Source: Lama guanicoe
Lineage: Eukaryota
Length of the DNA stretch: 64,000 nt
Direction of reading: 5' to 3'
Assembly (NCBI GenBank): GCA_013239625.1
Contig: MU057352.1
Span: forward strand, 27,668,764-27,732,763
Below are positions 11,726-24,410 of the stretch, piece after piece (position 1 is the stretch's first letter; every line of letters begins with the position of its first letter). The position numbers and the translations under genes are program-made. The notes under the pieces are model-generated. The model worked only from the letters and a program-made list of their open reading frames with translations, did no database searches and was not told the origin of the DNA.

Positions 11726-12390
11726 AACTTAGCACGAGGTCTACCCCTTAACAAGTGTGTAAGTGCCTGCATTAACCGTAGGTTCCCTCTCGTACAGATC
11801 TCTAGAACTTACTCATCTTGCTTAACAGTCTATCATTTGAACAAAAACTCCACAACCCCCTCCCCCCAGCCCCGGCACCATCAGTGTTTTCTCAGTTTCT
11901 CTTCATCTGAGTATTTTAGATACGCTGTACCAGTGGAAGCATGCTGTCTGTTTGAGCTGCAGTAACAAACTACCATCGACCGGGTGGCTTATAAGCAGCG
12001 GAAACGTATTGCTCACGGTTCTGGAGGCTGGAAGAGATGCAAGAGATCTCTAAACTGATCCAAGATCCAAGACAGCTGTCTTCTGACTGTGTCCTCGTAA
12101 GCAGAAGAGTCAAGCAAGCTCGATGGGCCTCTTTCACAGGGGCACTAATCCCACTCATGAGGGCTCTGCTCTCAAGACCTCATCACCTCTCAAAGGTCCC
12201 ACCTCCAAATCCCATCACTCTGGGGGTTAGCATTTCAAGATATGAATTTGGGTGGAAACCCAAACATTCAGTCAATAGCACATGCATTATCTGTCTTTCT
12301 GTGACTGGTTTCTTTCATTTAGCACAATGTTTTCTGGGTCTAACTAGGTTATTGGAAATGGTAAGATTTTCTTCTTTTTCAAGGATGAAT
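11726..12390 (-). mobile_element. L1MB-type 3' UTR fragment split by an MLT1A-like LTR
   Basis: gatctctagaacttactcatcttgc...gtggaagcatgc rejoins attatctgtctttctgtgactggtttctttcatttagcacaatg across the LTR. Confidence 0.75.
11945..12280 (-). mobile_element. MLT1A-like solo LTR with 5-bp TSD CATGC
   Basis: TG...CA ends; gctcacggttctggaggctggaag and cacctctcaaaggtcccacctcc motifs. CATGC at 11940-11944 and 12281-12285. Confidence 0.88.
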
Positions 12391-12566
12391 TACATACATA
12401 ATTTTATTTATATATATTTATATTTATATATAAAGAAATATAAATGTGTATATTAAATTATGCATTGTATATAATTTATATAATATTAAATTATATTTTA
12501 CATTTATAGCATATATTACATATAATATATAAATAATGTATTACACATTATAAATAAATGTTATAT
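12390..12566. repeat. AT-rich low-complexity (TA-like) tract adjoining an assembly gap (12567-12711)
   Basis: Almost exclusively A/T. Confidence 0.85.
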
Positions 12567-15012
12567 NNNNNNNNNNNNNNNNNNNNNNNNNNNNNNNNNN
12601 NNNNNNNNNNNNNNNNNNNNNNNNNNNNNNNNNNNNNNNNNNNNNNNNNNNNNNNNNNNNNNNNNNNNNNNNNNNNNNNNNNNNNNNNNNNNNNNNNNNN
12701 NNNNNNNNNNNCTTCCAGATCATGATTTCAATTTTAAATATATCATCCCAATTAAATTTCAGTCGTCTTTCAGGGCAGATCTTCTTTTTCCCCTGCTTTC
12801 AGATGAGGAAATGAGATCTAGAACTAGTAATGGTGGGTAACTTATAGCTCTGACTCCGAGCCAGGTCCTGGAAGTTCCAGACGCTGTCTGCATCTCATGG
12901 ACAAGGCAGGAAGCGCCAGAGCAGACAGTCAGTGCTGCAGAGGTGGGATCGCCTCTGGGTTCAGAGCCTGGTGCAGAGAAGATGCCCAGGAAATACCTGG
13001 TAGGCAGATTAATGAAGGGGCTGTGAACGTCACCTCTCGAGAGGGTATCAGAGCATCAGAGACAAGAGGGAAGGGAGGTGGCTAGAGACTGAGCCGTCAT
13101 GTGGGAGACTTTCAGCTTCCAATCTTTCCTTTACAGGTACAGCCCTAAGTGCTTGGCAACTCTCTGAAACTTTGCCTCCCATAGTCTGCAACCCCCTATA
13201 TACACATACTTTTTTGTGGTTCTGCTGGAAAAGACCCTCTTTCTCTTTTTTCTCATTCCCTGACAATGCATCAAGAGAGACTAACATTGTAAATCTAGTT
13301 CCTGGTACTGAAGCAGTGGGTCCAGGTGCTGCATACCAGGCTTTGGAAAGAGTCAGGCCTGAGGCAGCCGAGGATGCGGGAGCTTTGTGGGGGTGGGCAG
13401 GCACACCACCCGGTGAGAGGAGCCCGAGAGAATGACTGGGAAAATGAGGAAAATCAGGAACGGTGTGGAGAAGGCCAACCACCTACATCAGAGCACCGAG
13501 GAAGGCTATAAACCCAACACAGACGGGGTTCGTGGCATCTTTGGCAAGTGTTAAGATGCAACGGCCGGCATCTCAGTGCCACTCCTGTCTCCTAATCAAA
13601 TGGCACTTTCATCATCCCAGCATAGAACAGAGCAGGAGCTGAGTGATGACAAAATGATGCTCAGCTCTGTGTGTGTGTGTTTTATAGCCGACCATTAATA
13701 ATTCATGCTGCAGCTAAATGACCAGAGAGCCGGAGCCGTCTTCAGCACCCTCCCCCCACCGCCAGCACCTGCTCCCTACCACAGACCCCTTTGGGGGCCA
13801 CCCGTCCCTCTCTCTGCCTGGGACCAGAAGCGCCTGCTTGCTGTGTCATGCAGCGCCTGACACGCCCGTGACAAAAGCTGACATCCTGCGTCAGGCTTTC
13901 CCGCCCACTCACCCAAAATCAAACAGGCTACAATGTGGCGATTTATCCTTCCTCCCACTGTCCTCAGCCTCACCCCTGCCTGTCAGAGGATGCAGGCCAG
14001 CTGCACAGGTCCCCTGGGACACAGGCTTCAGTTCCCATTGGCCCCTGCCCTGCCGCAGCAGCCTACCCAATGTGAGCCCACACTCTGTGATGACCACATC
14101 CAACTCTGGGACTAGTTTTAGTGACAGCTTCTTAGAGCCACTGGGTGGTTTCAAAAGGGGTGATGAATTTCCTTCCTCCTGCCCCCAGCCCAATTCCTGA
14201 TGCAGTTTGTCCCAGCAAATCCCTGGACAGACATCCCCATTCCTCACCTGGAAAGGGTTTTTGATATCCCTTATCCCTGCCCCGCTCCTCAGAGTGGCCA
14301 GGATCACAGTGTTGGCCATGCAGCCCCTGTGGTGGGGAGGGGAGACCTGACTCAGGGCCCCCCAGCTGGCGCAGTTGCAGTCCCAGGGGAAGCCTCTCCT
14401 CTCACCCCCCCAGCCCCCTGAAGTGGGGGTTTAGCACGTCAATGCAGCCCACAATAAATTAGACCAAGGCTGTGAGGCAGGGGTGGGAAACATCTGTGTT
14501 ATTAAAGATGCCCTAGGGGTCGGGGAGATGGTGAACATCACACACCAGGCCACCACATTTCATGCAATCATTTTTTTCTTTCTCTTCTGTCCCCATTTAC
14601 CTCCTGATGGTTCATTTTGTATTCAATAACAATTTCTAAAACACTGCAATACGTCAGGCACTGCACTACGTTCTGGGGGTACAGCAGTGAGCAAATGACA
14701 GCCCGCAGAGCTCGTGGGTGTGTGTGTGGGGGGTAATCACAAAATACGGGTGTGGATACAGATACAGACAAAGGTGCAGATTGCAGGGACAGGTGTCAGC
14801 ATTGAGTGACGGGGGAAATAAATGTCACAAGACCTTTTCACCACCCCTATGGACAGTGTATGATGCAAGGGTCTTAACATCTGTGCCCAAGGTGTTTTTC
14901 AGGAACTTGGAGTCAGCTGTGTCCAGTTCAAGTTTCAGGTGGCTCAGACTGGTTGGGACCACCAACCCTCTATCTGGGCATGCGTTCGTGTCTGCTTGGT
15001 GACTTTTTGATG

Positions 15013-15531
15013 TAATGAAAGAAATGTTCACATATTGAGGTCTGGGGAAGTCATTCTGGCTTATACATGAGTTAACTTGAATCTTATGTTAACTAAAATA
15101 GCCTATTTGTGGCCCATCAAACATCCATTGTACCTCTGCCTTAATTATTAAAGAAAAGGGCACACTGACCAGAAGTAAAAAAATGCCCATGTTAAAAATA
15201 AAGATTAAATGCCCCTCTTCCTGGGATGGCCAGTGCTGGTCCTCCTTTCACGATAAGACTCCCTTCCCAGGTGCCAAGGCCACACTGTTCATGCTGCACA
15301 TGTACATGCTAGCATGGTTCTTTAAAAAAAAAAACCTCGATGAATAGTACTCCTGACTTGTTCAATGTTCTTGTTCTGACAAGATATAAAACTACTGAAA
15401 ACCCTGCCTCTCTGGAGCAGTTTCTCAGAGAAATTTTTAGGAAGTATGCTTCTGGGCTGGTCCTCAATTTGGCTCTAGTCAAACACTTTTCTATTCTTTT
15501 TATTAATTATTTTTAATTATTGTCATCAACA
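15013..15531 (+). mobile_element. Inner ERV1-type solo LTR
   Basis: TATA-like gatataaaac, ggagcagtttctcagag motif, ends ...tcaaca, and interrupts the outer LTR at one point. Confidence 0.65.
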
Positions 15532-15576
15532 GACATCAGAGGGCCAAAACCTCCACCTTCAAAATATGCTCACACT

Positions 15577-16627
15577 TGCAAACGATGTGACCAACAAGGG
15601 ATTTTCAAAATAACAAACNNNNNNNNNNNNNNNNNNNNNNNNNNNNNNNNNNNNNNNNNNNNNNNNNNNNNNNNNNNNNNNNNNNNNNNNNNNNNNNNNN
15701 NNNNNNNNNNNNNNNNNNNNNNNNNNNNNNNNNNNNNNNNNNNNNNNNNNNNNNNNNNNNNNNNNNNNNNNNNNNNNNNNNNNNNNNNNNNNNNNNNNNN
15801 NNNNNNNNNNNNNNNCCATCATCAAAAATTCTGCCAANNNNNNNNNNNNNNNNNNNNNNNNNNNNNNNNNNNNNNNNNNNNNNNNNNNNNNNNNNNNNNN
15901 NNNNNNNNNNNNNNNNNNNNNNNNNNNNNNNNNNNNNNNNNNNNNNNNNNNNNNNNNNNNNNNNNNNGATCCAGAAATCCTACTTCTGGGCATATATCCA
16001 GATAAAACTCTAATTTGNNNNNNNNNNNNNNNNNNNNNNNNNNNNNNNNNNNNNNNNNNNNNNNNNNNNNNNNNNNNNNNNNNNNNNNNNNNNNNNNNNN
16101 NNNNNNNNNNNNNNNNNNNNNNNNNNNNNNNNNNNNNNNNNNNNNNNNNNNNNNNNNNNNNNNNNNNNNNNNNNNNNNNNNNNNNNNNNNNNNNNNNNNN
16201 NNNNNNNNNNNAAGATAGATGGACCTAGAACTTATCATTACTAAGTGAAATAAGTCAGACAGAGAAAGACAAATATTATATATCACTTATATGAGGAGTC
16301 TAAAAAAAGGACACAAGTGAACCTATTTACAAAACAGAAAGAGACTCATAGACAGAAAACAAACTTACGGTTAACAGTGGGGAGAGAGAGGAAGGGATAA
16401 ATTGGGAGTTTGGGATTAGCAGATACTAACTACTATATATGAAATAGATAAACAACAAGGTCCTATTGTATAGCACAGGGAACTACATTCAGTGGCTTGT
16501 AATAACCTGTAATGAAAAAGAATATAAAAAAGGATATATATGTGTATAACTGAATCACTTTGCTGTACACTAGAAACTAATACAACATTGTAAATCAACT
16601 ATACATCAATTTTTAAAAATGTTTAAA
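15577..16627 (+). mobile_element. 5'-truncated L1 (with gaps) with 16-bp TSD
   Basis: L1 ORF2 end and 3' UTR motifs. TSD aaaatatgctcacact (15561-15576) and aaaatatgcccacact (16628-16643). Confidence 0.9.
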
Positions 16628-18581
16628 AAAATATGCCCACACTGCCATTTTGTGAAAGTGCATCCCGTGAAGCGGGCAGCTTAGTCACACCTGCACAGGA
16701 CGACGATTCCCTCCCATTCTCCTCGCCTCTGGTCACATTTCCCCAAGCTCCCCATGCCCCAGACCACTCTGCTTCTTTATCCCATAAACATCCCAAGGCC
16801 CTCTCCTTCGGGGAAGCAGATCTGAAGTTTGCTCTCCCATCTCCTCGCCTGCCTGCCTCATGAATAAACGTTTTCTCTGCCGCAAACCTCAGCATCTCAG
16901 CACTTGGCTTGTTGGGTGTCGGGCAAAGGAATTGGGTTTGGTAACAGGGGAGCAGCGGGAGGCTGGGAGGCTGGAGGGAGGAGGTGGCAGGAGACAAGGT
17001 CAGGGAGGTCAGGCCAGAGGAGGCAGCCCGGGGACTCGGCTCCACTGTTGGAGGGGGGATTGGTGGACAGCCTCGCACAGAGTGTCCACCTGCCCTGTGG
17101 GTGAATTCCCAGGGCCCCTCCGGCAGCTGGGCTGAGAATGACCATCACAGGCAGAGGCAGGAGAAGGATCGGCCAGGGGTAACAGGACGGCCAGGCCGTA
17201 TGGCGCCGGGACCTGGCTGGGGGCTGTGCAGGGCACCCAGGGACCGGCCCCGGATGCTTCTCCAGGTGGGACTGGTGGCTCTGCTGATGCACTGGATGTG
17301 GGGTGAGTAAAGGCCCCTCCTCCCAGCGGTAGCCACACCCCCCTCTCCAGCAGGAGGAGGACGCTGCCTGCGGCCCCTGACCCACTCCCGCTGGCCCGAC
17401 GCACCAGAGGACCTGGGCGAAATGTCCTTTCTACTCTTCCCGAGGGGCTACGCGCAGAAAACGAGGAAATGAACCTTGCAGGGGCTGAGGGCCTACTGTG
17501 TGCGGGCCCTAGGCCAGGCCCTTCCCAGTGTTCACAATTGACCTGTGGTCAGGTCCCCAGTTCACTGACAGGGTGCCCTGACTTATTACAACTGGTGTGG
17601 GCTAGGGACAGCCCTGCAGGGTCTCTGTCCCCCAGAGCGGGGCCACCTGACTCCGAATCCTTTTCCTCTTAAGAAAATTCTGGTTTCCTCTCTCTTGGTC
17701 CTGGTGTAGGGAGGCTAGCCCACCGCTCGCTGTAAGCCTCTCTTGGCCAGCTGCTCCGCTGATTCAAAGACACACCCTCTGCTGTTCCTTCAATTCCTCT
17801 CTCCTTCTCCCTCAGTTTCAAGTCTTTGTAAAGGAGCAATTTTATGGTAAAAGGCCTGCATACAAAATCATATAGATACTGTAAGCTTGTTTTAAAAAAT
17901 ACAATATATGTTTACACTTACATAAATATGTTGACGATAAAGCCACAAAAATATAAACAGTTTAGTTCTCTAGAATTGGTGTTTTCTTCTTGATTCTTCT
18001 CTGTATTTTCCAAATGACCTGCCATTTCTAGGAGGCTTTATTGCATGAGGTTTATAAATGCAGGCCCTGGGGCCGGAAAGGCTGGACCCATCCTTGACCA
18101 CACAGACCACTCTGATCTGGGGCCAACTTTCGGCCTCGCTGGGCCTCTCCTTTCTGTTCTCTGGAGTGGGGATTATAACCACACCTGCCTCTTCCTCATC
18201 CGCCGCTGTTATCATGACCCAGAGAACTGCTTGTGGAGGGAGTTTCAGCTCTCACAGGAAGCAGGCACTGCTTTGAAAATCACAGGGTGCAGAGCATTTT
18301 TAGAGAAATAATTTAAAAAATAATTCAAAAGGCAGGGTGGAGGCAGAAGAATTAAAACTGGTTCTAATCTTCAAAGCATATGAATCTGAGGCTTCTGCGT
18401 TGAGAACATTTCAAAGCTTCCTGGAATCTATCTTCATTTGGGCCCAAGCGCTGGGGAAAGAGGATAAACAGGCCCACAGCCAGAGTCAATTAACAGCCAT
18501 CGGATGTAGGGGGACATTCCTCAGGGAGTAAGCAGGGTCCTCCCTCACTCGAGTTGTGCGCCTGGGGGTGAGGTAGACATG

Positions 18582-18601
18582 GTGTGTGTGTGTGTGTGTG
18601 G
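18582..18601 (+). repeat. (TG)n microsatellite
   Basis: gtgtgtgtgtgtgtgtgtg run. Confidence 0.85.
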
Positions 18602-19421
18602 TGGGTGTGGTGTGCATCTGTGTGTCTGGTGTGGCACAAGCAGACACGGTGCGTGCACACCTCCCTGGTTTCACCTCCATCTCTCAGCCTGTGATGCTGC
18701 CACATGCAGGCTGGGCATCAGCAGCCGGATGTAGAGAGAACCCTGAGGACGATCACAGCGGGGGGTCCACTAATGGCCCAAGAACACCTGGCACAACTGT
18801 CCTGGGGATCACACGGGCTACCGCTGGGGACAGTGGCAGACTAGATGTCCTGTACTGCTCTGGCTCGGAGAGGGATGCCCCGGTGACTGTCCTTGTTCAG
18901 GGGGTGGGTTCCGAACCACACTGTCCCCCTGTGGACTCCCTCCACTCTTGGCCTCTGATCTGTGACTGTCCACCTCCAGGTGCTAAGCTGGTGGCCCTCA
19001 CTGACTCCTGGGTGGGCTGAGGGGAGATGGGGAAGCTGAGGGGGCTGGTCCCTGGGGTGGGAGGAGCCCTGGGCCACTATGCTGGGTGCTGCTGGATGGT
19101 CACCCATGGGCTGGAGGCCGAGCTGGGGAGCTGGACAGACGTCAGGGTCACATTTCCCATCTAGGGAGGGTGGTCGGGACAGTCTCACTTCAAACGCTTG
19201 TATCCTCCTCTGCTGCTCCCCCCCCCACCGGCCAAAGGGAGCTCGCCATTGCTATGGCTTACTGCCTTCCAAGTGTTTCCAGGCCAAAGAAGCAGGCGTG
19301 ACCCCAGCAGAACCCAGCACCCTGAGTTGAAGAGAGGGAACTGAGGACACGGACAGAGTTCACAAGGCAGAGCACTGGAGGAGAAAGCTGCTCAGAGGGG
19401 CCCCGGAGACCAGCAGAGCCC

Positions 19422-19965
19422 TGTGGCTGGCAGAAGAATGGCCTCTGAAGATGTCCACATCCCAGAGCCCAGACCATGTGAACACATCACTTCACACGGC
19501 AACGGGGAATGAAGGGGGCTGATCAGCTGACCTCAAGATAGGAGGACTGGGCTAGATTATCAGACCCCAGCTGGGTCAGGGAGACAAGATGGAAGGAGGA
19601 GAGATCTGGAGTCTGAGAGGGACTCAACCCACCATTGCCATGGCCCTGAAGATGGAGGAAGGGGCCTAGAGAAGGATGGTGGGCCGGCCCCAGGGGATGG
19701 AAACGACCACCAAGGAAGTGGGAATCTCAGAAAAAATGAATCCAAGAACCCACGTGAGCAGGAAATGGATTTCCCATTTCCCCCAGAATACAGAAGATTC
19801 GGGAACAGAGCCTCCAGGAGGGACACAGCCTGCTGACCCCGTGCTCTTAGCTCACGACGCCTGTGCTGAACTTCCAACACCCAGACCTGGAAGGTGGCAA
19901 GTTTGTGTCATGTAAGCTGCTGAGCTCACAGTCATTTGCTATGGCAGCAATAAAAAATGCACGCA
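19422..19965 (+). mobile_element. MLT1 (MaLR) solo LTR
   Basis: tgtggctggcagaagaatggcc start, gatcagctgacctcaagatagg, end tttgctatggcagcaataaaaaatgcacgca. Confidence 0.8.
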
Positions 19966-21149
19966 GCCCCCCTGAGTATTCTGATCAACTCATGCAGGGG
20001 AGAAAACTAGCAAAGAGAAGGGGAGAAAAAGACACACAAACGGATTAAAGGGAGGAGATTAAAGGGATCACACAGAGCCCTGCCCTCTGGGTGGGGCTGC
20101 CTACAGAGCTGGGACCAGAGGGAAGCCGGGACCAGGGGTGGCCGAGACTTGATTTCCAGATCTGGTTTTGTCTGAACTCACAGTTTACCCTGAGCAAAAC
20201 ACATTTCCCCAGCCTCTGTTTCCTTGTCTGGGACATGTGGGCTTGGTCTGGAAACCTTCCAAAGGCCCCTCCCCTCCACTGTGATGTCCTTCAAGCCATC
20301 CACACAGAGCAACGATCTAGTCTTGGATTGGATTGCATTTCAGTGTTCCTTCCGGTGGAAGATAACCTGAGTTGCATGCACACAGATGCCCTGATCCCTG
20401 CATCAGTCCATGAAAAGCATCACTGGCCCCAGGGTTCTATTGCAAAACTAATGCAGAGCAGCCAGTCCATTCACTGCCTTTTCCCACTTACCTGCACCGG
20501 CAAGGCCCTGCCTAGGGAGAGACCTACTGCTTATAGGAGCCAAAAACAAAAAAACAAAAAAAAAGAGCAATCTAACAGCCGTCAATAGGGGATGTTAAAC
20601 ACTCAGGAGCCACACCAAGGAAGACTATGTAACCATTTAAGAATGAAGTAGACTCAGCGTAGAGGTTCTCCAGGTGTCCACACACATGGATATGAAAAAG
20701 CAGTTTGCAGAGCAACACCTATAGAGTGTCAATGGTTCTGCTGGAAAAAGAAGGAAGATACAAATATATATGTATGTGTGTATATATATAAAACATATAT
20801 ACCTTTTATATACGATATATGTAGATATATAACTTACAGGCATAAAATGCATTGAAAGGTGGTCCATTTTGCACACATCTGCCAAGCGGTCCTTTTATAA
20901 CATGAGTCGGTTCACGCCATTCCTCATTCCCGAAGCACCAGCAGCTCCCCAGCTCCCGGAGAACAAGGGACAAAGTCTTCTCCGTGGTCTGCAAGGACCT
21001 CTGTGACCTCCCCAGCTCCTCCCCAACCCCGACGCCTCCCAGGCTCCCCCTACTCAGCACAGGCAGCCACACTATCTCCTGCTGCCCCTCCAACAGGTGA
21101 GTCCTCAGAGCCACACCTGCTCTTCCACCACCAGCACACCTTCCCCACG

Positions 21150-21455
21150 TGTCAGGCCAGTTCATGCCCTCGCTCCATGCTGGCTGCTGCCTAAACGTCT
21201 CCCGAGGAAGGGGTCTGTGTCTGAAATCACACTTCCTTCTTCACAGCTCCCCTCCTCTACCCTACTTCATTTTTCAAAAAGCACTCATCCCCCCGTGATG
21301 AATTTTCATCTCATCTGCATCACTTGGCGGTTTCACTGCCTCAACTAGAATACAAGCCCTTCGAGTTTTATACAATGTCATACCTCCAGGACAGAGTAAT
21401 GCCAGGCACACAGTAGGTCCTCCATAAATATTGATTAAATGGATGAAAAAATAAT
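21150..21455 (+). mobile_element. L2 3' end
   Basis: gccaggcacacagtaggtcctccataaatattgattaaatggatgaa, typical L2 terminus. Confidence 0.7.
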
Positions 21456-23574
21456 AGACAGCAAACCACATCTAACTGTTGCATCTTGGGAGGAGACGAG
21501 GACTGCTCTGGAAGGGAACTCCAGTTGTATCTTTAAGGTCTAAATTGTTGACACTGAGAATGTTTTCCTGGATTGCTTGTGAAATGAAGCATCACTAAGC
21601 ACTTAGGAAGAAGTCCTTCGAACCCACTGTGTAGAAGGACTGGCACTTCTCCAGGAGCTCACAGGATCTGAACTGGGAGAACTGGGGACTGAAGAACGGA
21701 CAGGAGAGAGGAGAGGAGAAAATGTTCCAGGCAGAGGGAAGAGTGTGAGTGAAGCGGGGTGAGGCGAGCCTGCCACCCTGCCAGGGGGACTGAGCCACGG
21801 CCAAGCTGAAAGTCAGGTTGGGTGGAAACACACAACTCGCTGCCTTTGGCAGTGATGCCTGAACCACCGACCTGCAAGGGGTTTGTGTTAAAATGCAGGC
21901 ATAAATGCAAACCAGCGCCTTGCTTCCCTGCTTCCTTCACTGACAGAGTCTTAACACAAACAACACAGGAGCTCCGTCACAGGCTGAACAGTGTCCTTGA
22001 TGACGGAGCTGACTTACGTTCTGGCCTGGAGCAAGCTCTTTCCCTCACCATGGACAGTGACAAGCGGTTGGCGAAATGAGACTAGCCCTGGGACCCCGAG
22101 TTGAATGACCCTCCTCCATGGCTCGCCCCAAAGTTTCTCCTGAGCCTTGGCTAAAGAGCGGGAGTGGCTGTGGAGGCGGGTGTTTGGGGGCCTAAGGGGA
22201 GGGAAGGGGCAGAGACTCGGACCACACCAGGTACTTCCAAATCCTTGGGGGAGACACTAAGCCCCAGGGTCCCTGCAGATCTTCACATGCCCCCTCCCCA
22301 TCTTCCGTGTCTTCCTTCTCCACCTGCCCTCCCTTGTCTGACTTCTTTCTCTTGTCTACAGACATCTGTCAGTTTCTTCCTTCCCTCCTTGTGTCCACTG
22401 GGCCATGCTCTTAGTAGCCTCTCAGCCATGGCACAGGCCAGGCCCTTCACTTGGCTAAAGCCTGGACAACTTCCAGAATTCAGCTGCAGAACGCCCAGCG
22501 CCCAGGGAAGCCTGCCCTTCCAGGGTGGGTTGGAGAGTCCTCCTCGATGTCCCCAGTGCCCTTGGAAACACCTCCATCACTCAGATGCCAGTGACCTGCT
22601 TTGTCCGACTAGGGGACTGGGTGGGGTTGGATGGAGTTGTTTCCCTGCTCACACCCAGGTCTCAGGGCAGACTGAGCTCTCAGTAAGTACTGGGTACATT
22701 AAAAACCAAAGCTGGATCAGATGTGCTAAGTAGACCATTTTATCCACATCCCGGGGAAGCTGCCAGTGTGTCTCACCTGTGGGAAGGAATCCCTGCGTGT
22801 CTAGGAGAGGAAAACACCAAGGTGCTCTGCGCTGAGATGGTGCTGGCACAGACACGATCAGCATGCCATCAGGGGACCAGCGGCAGGAAAGGCTCCCAGG
22901 AGGAGAAAGGCCTTAGGAGGTGAGGGAGACACAGGACTGCCAGGAACACACTCTTGGTTTCCATGAGACCCCAAAGCCTGGGCCACAATTCACATTTCAC
23001 TCTGATGGGGGCTGGGCATGGGGTGGATGGATTAGAGGTTTGGGGGCAGGGTAGGACTGATTGACCTCAGGATTAGCAACAGAGCGCCCGTATTTAGAGA
23101 GGATATCTTCCCAGTCTCTTCAGGAGGAGCAGCCAAACCAAACTGAACCCCAACCCCCAGCCGAGGCAGAAAGCATTCATCGCTTTTGCAAGCTCAAGAA
23201 AGATCATCCAACTTAATTAAGATCGGCCCCCCCTGGGACCATCCAGCAGTGGTTGGTGCGGCAGTAACAGGAGGGCAGCTGGAGTGGGAGGAGGGAAAGG
23301 GACCAGAGGGCGAGCGGCCGCTGTGTGGAGCAGGAATCCCCCCAGTGAAGGGTTTGCTAAATGTTCCCGGGGGTCAGGCCTCCGGTGTCCGCCATCCGTG
23401 GACGGCAGGGAGCAGAGCAGCGTCTTAATTAATCCGCGGAGAGCGCTCTGGCCTCAGCACCACCCTCTGTTTCTCAATCACTCAATCCTTCTAATTTCCC
23501 AGCAATTTAATTACAGGCTCTTCCCCCTTACAATAATATCTCACTTTCCTCAGAGCAGCATGAAAAGAATTAGG

Positions 23575-23837
23575 CTCACAGACAGAGAATACAGACTTTT
23601 GGTTACCAGGGGGGTGGAGGGTGGGAAGGGGTAGACTGGGATTTCAATATTGTAGAATAGATAAACAAGATTACACTGTATAGCACAGGGAAATATACAC
23701 AAAATGTTATGATAACTCATAGAGAAAAAAATGTGACAATGAGTGTGTATATGTCCATGAATGACTGAAAAGTTGTGCTGAACACTGTAATTTGACACAA
23801 CATTGTAAAATGATTATAAATCAATGAAAAATGTTAA
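23575..23837 (+). mobile_element. Young camelid L1 3' end with perfect 12-bp TSD
   Basis: L1 3' UTR with A tail; aaaagaattagg at 23563-23574 and 23838-23849. Confidence 0.92.
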
Positions 23838-24193
23838 AAAAGAATTAGGAGCCACCAAAGCTGATCTGACTGTGGTGTTTTCCCTATCGGAGCAGAAAGA
23901 AGCCAACAGGCCGGCTCAGTACTCGCCACCCCTGACCCCCTTACCCACTGCAGGGGATTGAGGCCCAGGGAGAAACAGGGGTGTTCTCAAGGTCTTCTCC
24001 CCTCCACCCACTCCATAAAGAGCTGTAATCTTCAACCAGTGGCTCCAGTTCACGCCTCTTAAAAATGGCATGATATTTGCGGAAAGACAATTCCATTACG
24101 AGTATAAAAGGGCTTGGTTGCTGGAAATCAAAATCAAACACAAATACTTTGCAGCTTCTGTGACCCTGGCCCTGAACACCCAGGCATCCAGGA

Positions 24194-24410
24194 CAGGGGT
24201 CAGTACACTATGGTCTGTGGGTCCAGTCTGGTGCCACCTATTGTTGTCAATGAAGTTTTATTGGCACACAGCCACACATCTGTTTCTGTACTATCCATGG
24301 CTGCTTTTAGGTTACAATGGCAGCGCTGAGTAGTTGTGATGGAGACTGGATGGTCCGCAAGGCCTAACGTATCTATCTGATTCTTTACAGGAAACAGTTG
24401 CCAATCCCTC
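24194..24410 (+). mobile_element. MER58A-like hAT-Charlie element
   Basis: caggggtcag start, aagttttattggcacacagccac and ctgagtagttgtga motifs, ttgccaatccct end. Confidence 0.8.

Larger units (their letters stand above)
14807..16946 (+). mobile_element. ERV1 (MER4/MER41-group-like) solo LTR interrupted by a second LTR and an L1
   Basis: Segments 14807-15012, 15532-15576 and 16628-16946 join as one LTR (tttttga..catcagagggccaaaacctccacc; AATAAA then ...ggtaaca end). 5' boundary approximate. Confidence 0.7.

Noticed and set aside
13636-13668. Hairpin agctgag...ctcagct enclosing GTGATGA (box C-like)
   Set aside because: Too short and lacks a correctly placed box D; not a credible snoRNA or pre-miRNA.
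22164-22733. 189-aa plus-strand ORF
   Set aside because: Pro/Leu/Ser-rich translation of L2-like pyrimidine-rich DNA; non-ATG start.
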